Source of the DNA: Rhina ancylostomus
Lineage: Eukaryota
DNA: 64,000 nucleotides
Direction: 5' to 3'
NCBI GenBank assembly: GCA_030265395.1
Contig: JARFYF010000053.1
Span: 19,043,009 to 19,107,008 of the forward strand
Shown here piece by piece: positions 23,769-37,269 of this stretch. Numbering within the stretch: the first letter of the stretch is position 1; the number at the start of each line of letters is the position of its first letter. A program made the translations under genes and the position numbers. Below the pieces are notes generated by a model. The model worked only from the letters and a program-made list of their open reading frames with translations, searched no databases and had not been told where the DNA came from.

Positions 23769-24394
23769 AGTTGGAATAACTATTAATTGGGGTGTGCTAC
23801 AATGGTAACTACTTATGACACCCTGGAGAATGAACAACAAAAAATACAGCTGCAGTGTCTGTCTCTTGGTTTATGTAACATTATCATTGACTCTTGGGAA
23901 CCCCTGGCACATGACTGTTGATATGGAGAAGAACATCCAGAAGCCCATCAAAAGTGATAGAAGGTATACTCCATTTCCCATATTATCCAGCTGCTCACCC
24001 TGTCAAGCACCTCTTGTTCCAACTGCTGCAGAGACTACCAAATCCACATCAGCCACCTCAGAACCCATAGAACTGAAGTAAATGCAAGTTAACCTTGATG
24101 CCAAAGGAACGTTTAATTACAAGAATATTCAAACTGAGTTAATCAAAACCATCAAATAATTTAAGGCAAAATGCTGGATGGCGGATAAAGTAATAACTTG
24201 GAAATATGACCAACTTAACCAAATCTTGATAGTTAAGGCCACATTACATATCATTGAATCCATTAGCTCTGCAAACATTAATTTTATTTCGAGCAGCATT
24301 ACTCATCATAAAGGAAGAAAATAATTGTTTTCTCTGAAGACAAAAATAAGTGACTTTTGAGTTACAGTCAATAAGATTCAAGAGAAAATAACAA

Positions 24395-24640
24395 CAATAA
24401 TTTTTGTTTATGAAGTGCCTTTAGGATCTTCCAGAGCACTACACATGAGTATTATTTTTAAAACTGACACACAGCTATATCTTGTCAGGGCAAATGGCCA
24501 AAGATTTGGTCAAAGTATGAGTGTTATAGAACCATTTTGAATGAGCAATGAGAGCTGGAGAGGCAGAGGATTTCAACAAGGAACTCCAGAGCTTCAGGCT
24601 TCGGCAGCTGAATGCACGACCTCCATGGCTGAGCAACCAA
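24395..24640 (-). mobile_element. L2 LINE 3' end
   Basis: Minus strand GGRAFSCRSLKLWSSL matches the L2 C-terminal GGRAFS..AP.LWNSLP motif; TTTGACCAAA..TTTGGCCA follows. Confidence 0.65.
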
Positions 24641-26439
24641 ATTTTACAGATGATTAATAGGTATTTCTGTGGTCTTGTGCAAGGATATCATTAGTTTAAA
24701 GTTTGCAGATCTAATGACAGTCCAACAAAGAAGAAAATGGATTGAGAAACCTAAGCAAAATGCATTAATGCAGCAACAATATATCATCACATTATTACAA
24801 TTCTGTATGTATAGAAAATTGCCCCAAGATACTTTACAAAGAGAGAGAATTACTGCAAAATGAAAGGAAGAAAGAAAGATAGTAAAGAATGGAAGAGTAA
24901 AATAAGGAGTTCTGAAGTGTTTTCTGAATGCAGAGTTCGACATAGCAAAGTGGTGCTCAAGATAGTGGACATCTGTATTGCCACTGATGGCAGATACACC
25001 TTTGGACATATGGCTGGCTGAAAGTTAATGAGGTCAGGTGAGCCCCAGGAATGCTTGTAAACAAAAGCAAGACAGTGATTTTGAAATTGATACAATGGGG
25101 TGACAGGAAATTGGATAGGAAACCAGGATGAGAACATTGTTTTTTGAATTATTATAATTTGTGAAGGCCAATCATCTAACCTCAGAACATCAACAGAAGC
25201 ACCTATAATGATAAGAGGCCAGGTTAGGCTCTACTAATAGCCAAAAGCTGGACAATTAAATACATGTGACTTCCAGCCAACATTGGCAATAAAGAAGTCA
25301 ACTCACAGAATGAAATGATTCACCTGCAGTATGTGATAAATAGATTTGTGTCACAAAAAAGAAATCATATTCCTACTTTCTGTCTCAGGGTGTGAGGTTT
25401 CTTATTTATTCTGGGTGGTCCAACTTCGGTGACTCATGTTGACTAGGCCAGTTGCAACAGCTGTTCCCATACTTAGCTGCTCACACTTGTTTTGATGTAT
25501 TTTTGTTGATCTTTTGACCGGTCTGGCAAAGTTAACTTTGATCCTCCCCTTCCCGCACTACCACCCCAGAAAACATGAGGTAAGCACGCCAAGATACTTT
25601 GTTCCTGCAGTCTTTTCAATGAGGATGAATATCATCTCATTAATCATTTTTTTCAAACTGAGGAAGAAATCAACCACAAAAGCCTTCAGTGAAACAAATA
25701 AGCCACTTGGACTAAATAGCTTTACATCAGAGGACAGGTTGAAGAAAGCCATTCAGAAAACAGTAACTCATTATTTTGAGGAAATTACTTAAATTTCACT
25801 CATAAAGCTAGCTCACTGACTGGTAGTGCAAAACATTGTCTAAGCCTCCATTTTATTTAATGTCAGGAAGGCTGCTCCAATTCACAGCCAATGCAAAATT
25901 AGTAAAGGAGTTAGTATGTGAATAGCTAATGTCCATTGGAAATAAGCAGACATTGCTGTCGATCAGTCTGCAATCTTACTTTGATGTTTGCATTTTCATC
26001 TCTGAGCATTGAGTTTCATTTAGAGATCAGGGCTCAAACCAAAAGCCTCTCACAAGTTTGCACAAACGAAAACGCATTAAACAGAGGATTTTACATCCCA
26101 CCAGTGCTATTTGAAGGGTTCATCAACTACTCTTAGATTGGCCGCGAACTGATTTCTACCAGCAGGTTTTATAATTGTACAAGAATTTGATGCTTTGTAG
26201 AGTTCTCTAAAGTTGTTGCTGTCTACAATAAGTGACAGTGCCAGTTGCTAAAAGACAACCTGCTGACTTATTGGTTTCAGAACAAACCGATTTGTGCACT
26301 AACTGGAATTTCTTTTGGAACATAGTGTGATCTGGAACTGAGCGAAGGCAATAGGAATCAGGATAGGTTGATGGAAAAGGAGGAGGACAAAGGCTATCAG
26401 GAGCAAGTATCTTATTTGTGCTAGTGGAATTACCCACTA

Positions 26440-26810
26440 CTCCTTGCTGGAAAGGATTGATTGGGTAAAAAATATTATACAAGGTCATTCCTAGATTCCA
26501 CAATACTCCTTCCCTTTGTGCATGGGCTTTCTGGAAGGGCCACCAATGCATCCAACATGTAACCATGTATCTCTATCCACCAAACAGTTCCAAGTGCTCT
26601 TCAATAGTACTTGACCTCGGGAGAGCTGGGAATAGCACCAAGGTTTTCTCATGACGTATCTGCAAGTCACTTGAGCCTTTTGTCTCACCACAAATCTAGC
26701 TTCTACACCATCCTCTAAATGATGTGCAACATCAGGGACTGAACTGGTGCAGACTAGTATGGAATTAACTGATGGTGTGCTTTGGAATAATTGTCTTCCA
26801 GGTCTTTAAC
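26440..26810 (-). pseudogene. Possible fossil PIF/Harbinger (HARBI1-like) transposase C-terminal region
   Basis: Ordered, frameshifted motifs: SSVP...EARFV-GDK(G)...RSSTIEEHL...CLD..GG.(L)Q.SP...TLYNI. Confidence 0.35.
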
Positions 26811-27389
26811 CTGTTGTTGTTTCTTCACTACCTGCCTTGCTTTCATTTTTTGGGCTCCAAATGGAGAAAAGAACAAGGGTAGGGATGTCACCAGGGGAGA
26901 CAGTTAAAGGAGATGACGCACGCTAGCAGCTTCTAAATCCAGAGAGATTGTGTGATGGCAGAAACATGGGATGTGAGGGGAAGGGTTAGGTATTAGAACC
27001 CCATTATGTTCACAGTTTCCAGCCCATTGCTGGTCATGGCTTCAGCATCACTCTGAAGATGAGTGTATGTACAAGGACAAGGTTTAATAGGTGACAGCAT
27101 GTGTAAACAATGACATGTTGGTGCTGTATGTGCAGCAGTGTTAAATGTTTTGGGTGAAGTGAATCTCTGAAAATTAAGTACAAGTCAAGATTGATAGTGC
27201 TGCATTATAGCTTGCAAAAGAGGCACGTTGGTGTTGTGTCAGAGGTTAATGTTACACTTATCAATTAGTCTGTGTTGACATGAATGCAAATTAATGTTAA
27301 TTTGTTAATTGCATGACATAAGAAGTTGCAAACAAAAGCTTTGATAAATTTAAGCAAAATATCAACCTCTAATATGAATCACGAAGTGA

Positions 27390-27690
27390 GCTTTGTTGGC
27401 AAGTGTTTGCTGCCTGAGAAACTTCAGCTCCAAATTGATGAACTGGAGTCTGAGCTCCAAACACTNNNNNNNNNNNNNNNNNNNNNNNNNNCCTGGACGT
27501 GGTATATCAAGACGCAGTCACACCCCTTAGACTAACTTTCTCTAAATTGGCGAATTGTCAGGGACAAGATGTGACTGTCGAAGGGGCAAGTAGAGGGATC
27601 CGAAGGACTGTACTAGAGTATCCTCAGCCCTTACCTTTGTCTTATAGGTACAAGGTTCTTACTCCTTGTTACAAGGTCTGGAAGAGAGTG
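27390..27690 (+). mobile_element. CR1 ORF1-like 5' fragment
   Basis: GKCLLPEKLQLQIDELESELQT (Cys motif plus coiled coil) and PQPLPLSYRYKVL (PLSNRF-type motif of CR1 ORF1). Confidence 0.65.
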
Positions 27691-27704
27691 GGGATGACAG
27701 GGAG

Positions 27705-28465
27705 GAGTGTGAGGTCATGCATTTCAGTAAGAGATATCAAAATGCAGATGATTATCTAAACGGAGAGAGACTGCAAGTGAATTAAGTACAGAGAGATCCA
27801 GGTGTTCTAGTCATGAATCACAAAAAGTTAGCAGGCAGGTCCAACAAAAAGAAGACAAATGACATTTTGGCCTTCATAGCAAAGGGGTTGGAGGTTAAAA
27901 ATAGGAAGATTTTGTTGCATTGTGCAGGGTATTGGTGAGGCCTTACCTGGATTACTGCATACAAATTTGCTGATAGAAGTTTAAGATTATGAGAGGATTA
28001 GATAGAGTCAACAGCCAGTATCTTTATCCCAGGGTTGAAATGTCTGATACTAGAGGACATGCATTTAAGGTGAGAGGGGGTAAGTTCCAAGGAGATATGT
28101 GGGGCAAGTTTTTTTACATAGAGGATGGTGGGAGCCTGGAATGCATTGCCAGGGGTGATAGTGGAGGCAAATACAATAGAGGCTTTTAATAGGCTTTTAG
28201 ATAAGCATGTGATGTGCAGAGAATGGAGGGATATGGACATTGTGTAGACAGAAGGGAATAGTTTAGTCAGGCATATAATTACTCGTTTAATTGGTTCGGT
28301 ACAACACCATGGGCCAAAGGCCTGTTCCTGTGCTGTACTGTTCTAAGTTCTATGTTCTATATAGTTTTGGTCCCCTTATGTGGAAAAAAGATACAGTAAC
28401 TTTGAGACAATACAAAGGACATAAAGGACAACACAGGTTCATTCCTGGGATGAGAGGGCTGTAAC
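27705..28465 (+). mobile_element. Older CR1 ORF2 fragment split by a younger HER1-type 3' fragment (27971-28358)
   Basis: LVRPYLDYCIQ breaks at about 27970 and resumes as FWSPY at about 28360. The insert reads MRGLDRVNSQYLYPRVEMSDTRGHAFKVRGGKF plus a GTTCTAT tail. Confidence 0.85.
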
Positions 28466-28481
28466 TGAAAATGTAATTTGA

Positions 28482-28608
28482 AAAGCAAAAGACTGAATGC
28501 TGGAAATCTGAAACAAAAGAGAAATTGCTGGAAATGCCTTGCAGTGTCAGGCAGTGAGTGTGGAGAGGGAAGTATAGTTAATGTTTCAGGTTGATGAACT
28601 TTCACCAG
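28482..28608 (-). mobile_element. Older-family PLE terminal fragment
   Basis: Minus: CTGGTGAAAGTTCATCAACCTGAAACATTAACT... Confidence 0.65.
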
Positions 28609-29776
28609 TATGCAACTCCTTTGAGAATGTATGCAGTCCTTGCCTTTGATGCAAACTTATGCAAAAGAGTCTCAAAGAGGCCGGTTTTATAAGTTGGTGT
28701 TCTTGTCTGCTGGTAGAGCACACCAGAAACTTCAACACACACTGCTCATTATTTTCTAAACATTAAAATGAATGTTCAAAAGAGTCACAGGGGATATATC
28801 ACTGGGTCTCACACATGTCTTTGTGGAGGGCAAAACCTCCCAGCAGCTGTGCAGTCCAATAAAATTTGTCTTGATTGCACAATTAGAGAGAATTTCCATA
28901 AACACAAGGAAGAAAATTTTAACTTGCATCAATAAGGGATATAAATACAAAACATTTGTTACTGGACCATTCAAAAATATTGTTTTTTTATATATATATT
29001 GTTTAACAATGAGTTCAAAACCTCAATAAACTTGTAATTAATTCTTTTAATTTCTCTACAGCACTCATTAAAATGGAGGAATTGACATTCCCTTCAAGCC
29101 AGCTACTTACAATTTTACAGGATACTGAAGGAGAAGGCAGAGAAAGAAAGAGCCTTGATCAACCAACAAAATATTAGTGTACCACTTATGTATTTTGAAG
29201 CTTAATTTCTCTTATTGGTGTCATTTCCAACTACCACCCAACTCAGAAAGGGCTGGAGACAAACTGCCAAAATCTGCTGCCACCACAGTGTTCTTTTCTT
29301 TGAAGTGATGAAGGTTGCCTCTAATTCAGGCAGGCTGGTTTTAAATGATGATATTAGCTTTTGTTGTGTCAGCCAGTCAACAACACAGTTAACACTGGCT
29401 TCAAGCCACAGTCATGATGATCAGCCAACAGCACAAAGTCTGGGTCTTACCTGCAGTAGTAACAGCAGTCTCTCTTATATCACTATATTTTCATGATTAT
29501 CAGATTTGACTTCAATAGTTTTTGCATCTATTTCTCTACTGAGAATCTTTTAAACTGAAGTTGTGCATTTCTTTCATGACTTTTAATCCATAACTTTATT
29601 TATTAAACTGGAATACTTTGATAGAATCACCAGGATTTAAGTTAAACAGATTGTATACCTACATAAGCATCTCTCCTCTCTTTACAGGAACACTGGGATG
29701 CACATAGATCATTTTTTCCTCTTGAGTTTTCTCTATTCAATGAAATTATGTCTGATCTATGATTTAAGTCCATATT

Positions 29777-30130
29777 CATAGAACCATAGAACAATACAGC
29801 ACAATACAGGCCCTTCGGCCCACCGTGTTGTGCCGCCCATCTAACCACACCTCACNNNNNNNNNNNNNNNNNNNNNNNNNNNNNNNNNNNNNNNNNNNNN
29901 NNNNNNNNNNNNNNNNNNNNNNNNNNNNNNNNNNNNNNNNNNNNNNNNNNNNNNNGCCTCTCCTCATATTCCATACACTCTAATCCAGGCAGCATCCTGG
30001 TAAATCTCCTCTGCACCCTCTCTAACACCTCCCCATCCTTCCTATAATGTGCTGACCAGAACTGAACACAGTACTCTAAGTGAAGACTAACCAGAGTTTT
30101 GTACAGCTGCATCATCACTTCGCGAATGCA
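29777..30130 (-). mobile_element. Young HER1/CR1 3' fragment with internal gap
   Basis: REVMMQLYKTLVSLHLEYCVQFWSAHYRKDGEVLERVQRRFTRMLPGLE. Closely similar to 50448-51715. Confidence 0.9.
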
Positions 30131-30159
30131 TTCATTTCCTACTTTCCAATATTTCCTCA

Positions 30160-30740
30160 TAACTCAGTCCTTTCATCCCAGGGTTTAGTATGTAGGCTCT
30201 TATCTGCCAACCTTCTATGACTTATGTCCTGATACCTAAAACTGGACCCAACACTCTACAACTTTACTGACATGGAACATAAACAAGATCAATGTTTGTT
30301 TCACATTGCTTGCTGTACACACGATATCTAATCCAATAGTGCATCTACATATTCTTCAAATTCATCTTTACAATTTCCACACCATTTATTGTATACTTAT
30401 GACATCTAATGTTCCTCCCATTGTATGGAATCGTGTGTTTATCTGTAATGAACATCATCTGTTATGGCTTAGCCAAATCATAGATTTTGTCTAAATTCTT
30501 TGTAAGATCCCTTGGCTTCTTTCACTCATAATTCCATACTTAGTATGTTTTTGGCACTTGACTACACTTGGATTTGTGTACCTAAGACATTAATACAGAT
30601 TAGGAACAGCAGGAACCTTTGACCCAAGCCATACGGTACTTTACCAGCCTCTTCCCCCAACAATACTTCTTTAACAGGCACCAGCTGCTTCCCTTCGTCA
30701 GCCAATTTTTAACACCTAAATGAAGATTTTACCTTGGATA
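30160..30740 (-). mobile_element. Ancient CR1 RT remnant
   Basis: Minus strand GKVPYGLGQRFLLFLICINVL resembles GVPQGSVLGPLLFLIYINDL. Confidence 0.5.
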
Positions 30741-31374
30741 GGTCATACCACCCATTTATCTATAGATTTAGCATATTGAAATGAAAGACTAAGCAGTATG
30801 CCAGGTGATTAGACCTAAATTAAACCAAAATTAGACTCCATACCAATACGGTTGATTCAGACACATGCTTAGAAATTCATCCCAATTAGTATACTAAATA
30901 TATTATAACATTATTGAAATCAAACTTTTGGAGTAGAAATTAATCAGTTTATTGCCAAAATGCTATCAATCACATTGAATTTCTGGGCAAATTTTGTGGA
31001 AAGCTCACTCAGAAAATAATCCAAATACTGACAATGATTTTGTTTTCAAGAGAGCTTCAGGACAAAATGGGAAACTTCACAGTCCAGAAACAGAACGAAC
31101 ATCTGCATTTTTGTCTCATTTGGTGCAACACTAGAGTGCCACAGAGAGCTTATAGATGTTGGGCAATCAGTAAAAGATGGGCATCCCTTCACACGTTTGG
31201 ATGTGTTTTTTTTAATAGACTGGTGTTCCCGGTACACTGACTTTATATGACAACAAAAAGATGTTCATCACAATGCAGAGTAGTCGAATCCCTACCTGAA
31301 AGAACAATTAAATCATTGTGGTCATATGCAATGAGTCAGTGGATGGATAACCTGTCTGCTACTTATGATATTGA

Positions 31375-31665
31375 TGGAACCAAATCAAATTTTAAGGTGA
31401 TTGGAGGAAGGTACAAGGGGGATGTCAGGGGTAAGTCTTTTATGCAGAGAGTCGTGGGTGCATGAAATGAACTGCCGGCAGAGGTTGTGGGACCAGATAC
31501 ATTAGGGACATTTAAGAGACTCTTAGACACATGAATGACAGAAAAATAGGGGGCCATGTGGGAGGGAAGGGTTAGATAGATCTTAGAGCAGGATAAAGTG
31601 TCAGCACAACACCGTGGGCCAAAGGGCCTGTACTGTGCTGTAGTGTTCTATGTTCTATGTTCTAT
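31375..31665 (+). mobile_element. HER1/CR1 3' end
   Basis: FKVIGGRYKGDVRGKSFMQRVVGA...FKRLLD; ends in TGTTCTA x3. Confidence 0.9.
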
Positions 31666-32713
31666 TAATTGTGACTTTGCTGAAGCACCGTTCTCAGAAG
31701 TACTGCTGGACCTCTTCAGTTGCAAATATCCAGCAATAAAAATTCCTGGAAAATCTTATAGAATCTTATATTAACCTATCACCTATGGAGTGTCATTTGC
31801 ATTCCACATAAGTGCACAAGGATGCAATATTTTATTCATGACCCACTAGCTGCAGATAACTTACTTCTCATTCCTGCTTGAAAGTCAGTTGAGCATGGTT
31901 GGCCAACATTATGGCAGAATCTGTGCGTCTAAATATTCCAGAGATGCGTTTGAGCTGTTAATTCGTGAGAAAGTGATGAACAGAGTAGTGCCATTAGAGT
32001 TTTTTACATGTGACTGTTCTTCAGTAGGGTACGTTCCTCCACAAATTCTGTACAGATTATATAAAGACAGTTGCATTTGTCTGTTTCCATTTGCAGGACT
32101 GGGTTTCCAATGATATTGTTGTATTTGCAGCAAGTACATTGGAATCATATCCACGTTATCCCAATTTTTGTCCAAAGACTTCTCAATTCATGTAAAATAA
32201 ATTGATCTTATTACCATTGTCTTAGTTTAAACTCTGCTGTCAACATTGATCATGTTATACCATTTACACCTGGAAAAATAAGCAACCAGAAAACCCAAGA
32301 AAGCTCAATGGACTGAATTGGCTCATTGGTCAATTCCACTAAAGGGCCTTCTGGACAAGGAAACCCAAAGGATGTGGCTGTAAACTCTTTTGTGTTGGTC
32401 TGGAAGCCAAAATATGCAAGCTTGAAAGTAAATCTGGGAGGACAGTGCAAAATAATACTAACAAATGTAATACTTGCATACACCTTGCAAAAATATACAT
32501 TTTTCAATTAGTTATGAATTTCCAACTATTTCAGCAAATGTGCCACTCACATTTTTAATACATTTATCAAGGAACTGTAAGAATTGAGCTTCTTCAAGAA
32601 GACTGATTCCTGTTAGAAACAAATATTTTCCCTGTTCCAACTTATGATCGCATTGCACTATACTTTGTGACCTGCTCAGTACCCATCTGAAGGAGTGACC
32701 CAATTTCACAACA

Positions 32714-33135
32714 AATCAGAATCAGCATCAGATTTATTATCACTGATTAATGTGACTTGAAATTTGTTGTTTTGCAGCAGCAGTACAGTGCAAAGACATA
32801 AAATCAATGAAAGTTACAAAAATAAATAAATTGTGTAAAACAAAGAATAACCAAATAGTGTTCATGGGTTCATGGACCATTCAGAAATCTGACNNNNNNN
32901 NNNNNNNNNNNNNNNNNNNNNNNNNNNNNNNNNNNNNNNNNNNNNNNNNNCTCCTCCACGATGGTAGTAATGAGAAGAGGACATATTCCAGATGGTGAGG
33001 GTCCTTGGTGATGGATGCCGCCTTTTTGAGACATCGCCTCAAAAATGCCCTCAGTGGTGGGGAGGGTTGTGCCCATGATAGAGCTGGCTGATCCTATAAC
33101 CTTCTGCAACCTCTTGTGATCTTGTGCATTGGAAT
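32714..33135 (-). mobile_element. Rex1/Babar-type LINE 3' end
   Basis: Reverse-complement match to 8690-9126 (QKVIGSASSIMGTTLP; identical type of tail). Confidence 0.85.
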
Positions 33136-33734
33136 TAGTTAATTCATTTAAACAAAGTAATTAAATTCATTATTTTGTTCTTGTTTCAAGTCATCCATTG
33201 TACTTGACAGGACAAAGAACATAGTTCTCCAGCCTACAACTTCCTGTGGGTATTTACTACAGACAAATATGAGAAAATTAAAAGTAAATGAGTTTTCATA
33301 TCCTTTAAGACCCTGTGGAATTGTCAACTGACAAACTGATCATTAAACTGCAGCCTAATACTGGCCAACTGCTTATTAGAACAAGGTGTCTTTTGGTGGT
33401 CAGCGAAAGATCAATAGTGAAGCAGAAGTAGGGGGTACAATTAGTTAAGGTACTTTACTAAGATGAAACATCAAACAAGAAAAAATGGCCATTTAAGCAT
33501 ACCTTTCTTTGCCCAAGCATTTTTCTTATTTTCAAAATGAACTTGCTGGAGATTATTGCTCATACATTTTTTAAAAGAAGCTTGAATAAGATTAAAATTA
33601 CTTGTCAGGTTAATTTCAGAAGGTAAAATGCAAAACCTGTCTATATAAATTCTAAAATGAAAATGACAATTATTTTCTAGAAAATTACAAATAGTTGATA
33701 GGAATGAGTTGCTATGTTTATTTTGCACGTGTAT

Positions 33735-33892
33735 AATTTATGACAATTTAAGCTTATGTTAATTTATGTTTGTCCTCATCCTGTAATGTACTGTGTTGCT
33801 GCAGTAAAAAGCTAATTTTCATGGCATTTATACCCTGTGTATGTATGCCTATGACAACAATAATCTTGAACTTGAATGTGAACTTGAACTTG
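33735..33892 (+). mobile_element. Rex-like LINE 3' UTR variant
   Basis: GTACTGTG.TGCTGCAG.AAAAAGCTAATTTTCATGGCA...ATGACAA.AATAA followed by (CTTGAA)n. Confidence 0.6.
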
Positions 33893-35844
33893 GAATTTCA
33901 CAGATTCTTTTTTTTGAAGCAAAGAATATTGGCTGCAATAAGACAATACAGATAGTAAATCAGATATCTGTTTACTATCTTCTTAGTCCTTTGGGATGTT
34001 TTCAAGATTCTTATATGATCATGTAATTTTTTAAAATCATTTATAACTTTTTCATTATCTTGTGAGATGACATCACTTGTATTGCTTTACTGAAGACCCA
34101 TCGTTTCAATGTCAACTGAATTTGAATTTCATAATTGCATTCAGGTAAATGTCAAAACTGACATGTTCTGTGCCATCATAATGGATACATGACCATGGGA
34201 AAGACAAAGATATACTTCTACTGAACATAAGCATGAGAATGACANNNNNNNNNNNNNNNNNNNNNNNNNNNNNNNNNNNNNNNNNNNNNNNNNNNNNNNN
34301 NNNNNNNNNNNNNNNNNNNNNNNNNNNNNNNNNNNNNNNNNNNNNAATACTGATGTTAATAAAAACTAGACTGCAAGATCCTCAGGTATTAGTGGAATCA
34401 GTGCTTGCACATTCCGAAAGGAGAGAAAAGCATCTGGAATTGTACAGGGATCAGCTTTCTGCTCCTATTTCCCATCAATAGTATTATCCAAATTTGATTT
34501 TTTGATTCAAAATAAGATGAGAATAACAATAACATAATGAATAGTTAACTGGAAATATGGAACTAATATTATCTCCAAGCTAATAATTTTACTGGCACTA
34601 GCAAGTGAATAACACATTTAGTGATTTCATTGCAGTAAAATATGAATTGTGGATCTAAAATAAGCTTATTCTTTCACTGAAGTGCAAAATATTCAACAAT
34701 TTCTTACTAATTTCCTTGTCATTTCACCAGTTCCCAATAGAGAAGGTATTTTTGTGTTTATAAGCATTGACTTTTAAATTTCATTTTCTATCATAAACAA
34801 AATAAGAAAGCCAGAGGTGACAGAAACATGTGCATGGGTGTTGAACAGAAACTCTGCACCCACATAGAGCTACAATAGGTATGAGACATTCCCTCTCATT
34901 AAATATGCTTTGTATTTTGATTTAGAATATTTACATGTAGTTTAGTTAACATCGCCTGAAAAAAAATGAATATTCATTCTATTTTGTTATGTGATTAACA
35001 AATAGCAGCTTCTTTGGACAACGTTCTTTGGTGGTGGTAAATTGTCCAAGGACAAGCTGAAATTTTAATCCATTTGTCGAATTTTAAGGCCTATAAAAAG
35101 CACAGACATTTTAATTTGCCTATCAGCTTACACATTGCCAAAGGTTATTGATCTATTTTTTATCTCTGCTGAGTGAAAGCAGGTTGTGATTATTTTCTCT
35201 ACAAACAATGTACATATTCTGTATTTTGTAACTACACTCAGACCGCAGGATACTTATGAATTAGTTTGGTCTATCTGTTTAGCACAATACATTGTATTCA
35301 TTCTCATCTAAAACATAGCATTGCAGAGAATACAAAGTGGCCAGTTGACCCAAAAATTGAGTAGGCTCCCGTTCTGCGTGAATATCTCCTTGTCTTTCCT
35401 TATCAACATTACCTTCTATTACCAGCTTCATTGTTTCTTAATTACTTCAAGCAGTGTTTTTTTTAGCAACCATATTGACAGCCTTGAGTTTTACTCTCTC
35501 TTCCAGGTGGAAGTATATCCTCTATGAAAACTTTTCCTAACTGTAATGGCTTCCATTATGTCATCCCTTGACCTTATCTTAGATCACCCTTTGATTTCTC
35601 TTTTCAAGTGACTCAGCCTGGTTATGCTGCCTTGACTGTTACACTAGCCTTGGTTGGACCCAATTTTCACTATCTTCCTGAGGTGCCTACCTAATCCAGA
35701 GGATGTAGTTCGCTTCACTCCATGACAACATTAATCAAAATCCAGGTCAAAAAAATCTGAAATTGTATACATTGCACATTTATTCCAAAGGATGACTGAA
35801 GCTCCCAACAAAGTACTTCAACTTCTTATTTTTTAGACTTCATT

Positions 35845-35940
35845 GAAAAACTTTTGCTTGATCGGACTGGGTGGCTTGCAAACAAAAGCTTTTCAATGTA
35901 TCTCTGTACATGTGACAATAATCCAATACCAATACCAATA
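35845..35940 (+). mobile_element. Rex-like LINE/SINE 3' tail
   Basis: CAAAAGCTTTTCAATGTATCTCTGTACATGTGACAATAAT followed by (CCAATA)3. Confidence 0.65.
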
Positions 35941-37129
35941 TTTGGAATAGGTTACACTGCTGAAAAGGAACATTTCTTAAGGCTAATAAATCTACACCAG
36001 CAAATATGTTGCCTTATAAAGCCAACTTAATAATTTCACTTTGTTACCAGGTGAAAGGCCAAAATTTCTTATGAAACATAATGGGGTTATCTTTCATTGT
36101 GGCCAGCTGTACCCTGGAATTGGATTTCACACATTAATGATGCATTAGGTAGATGCAACGTTTTGACCAGACATCCAAATACAGGACCCATTTACAATGA
36201 TGAAGTTGGTGAAATTTATGTTAAAGTAACCATTACAGTTTTTTTAAAACCTATTTTGGCCTGCTAAAACAAAACTAGCAAGTAAAGACTGTCATGAAGG
36301 AAAAAGTAAAACAAGGGGAGGAAGTGACACATGTTTTCATTATATTTGACAGCACCCACCTTTGTGTTCACACATCATTTTCAGTGCCCCAAATGGCCTC
36401 AAGTGTGGGATTACAAAACCTGCAGAACTCAAAAGTATTGTGGTAACAATCTGCTGCAGCCATCAATGGAGAAAGCACACTCATAGCTTGCATTTTTTAA
36501 TATCAATGGAAGTTATTATATAGGAAATCATTGTGAGGCACATTAACAACATTATCATGTGCATGAAAGATGCTGAGGAAATTACATTCATCCTGGTGTG
36601 TATCGCCCACAGAAGTGTCTGGTCCAATTTGCCAGTGGGTCAGTCTTCAAAAGAAATATGCACAACACATCAAACCACGTGCATCATAATTTTTGCATAT
36701 TTGAGAAAGAAAAAAAATGTGCAGCAATGGATCTAAACAGTGGATGGTGGTGTTTATACACCCCACAGGTTTTCCTTTCCATTGACCTCAGTAGGACAGT
36801 CCATTTACGAGCATTGGTTTACAGGCACTGCAGAAAATATATCTGGCCTCGCCTCAGCCACAATGCTTTTCTCTCTGCGTCCAAACGTTACAACTTTATG
36901 TTGCAGTTCAAATGCTAATGCAGACAAACCCAAGCAGGATTTTGTACCAGGTTATTCATAAGCTTTTAGATGGAGGTTCTGCCTTCAATGTTGGATGGCT
37001 GCCATGCATATAGTGAAAGGATATTTGGTAGTGCCTTGGCCAATGTCCACTCCTCAGTCAACAGTATGAAAATAAACCATGATCATATCCAACAAGTCCA
37101 AAACAGAGCCAATATCAGTGAAACGTCAC

Positions 37130-37265
37130 TGGAGACACAAGAGACAGCAAGCGCTGGAATCCAGAGCAACAAACAATCTGCTGGAGGAACTCAGTGGTTC
37201 GAGAAGCATCCATTGCAGGGGAGGGGGTGGAAGGAATGGTCGACGTTTTGCGTTGAGACCCTGCA
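37130..37265 (-). mobile_element. PLE terminal fragment
   Basis: GGAGACACAAGAGAC..CTGGAATCCAGAGCAACAAACAATCTGCTGGAGGAACTCAG...GTCGACGTTTTGCGTTGAGACCCTGCA. Confidence 0.75.
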
Positions 37266-37269
37266 GTAA

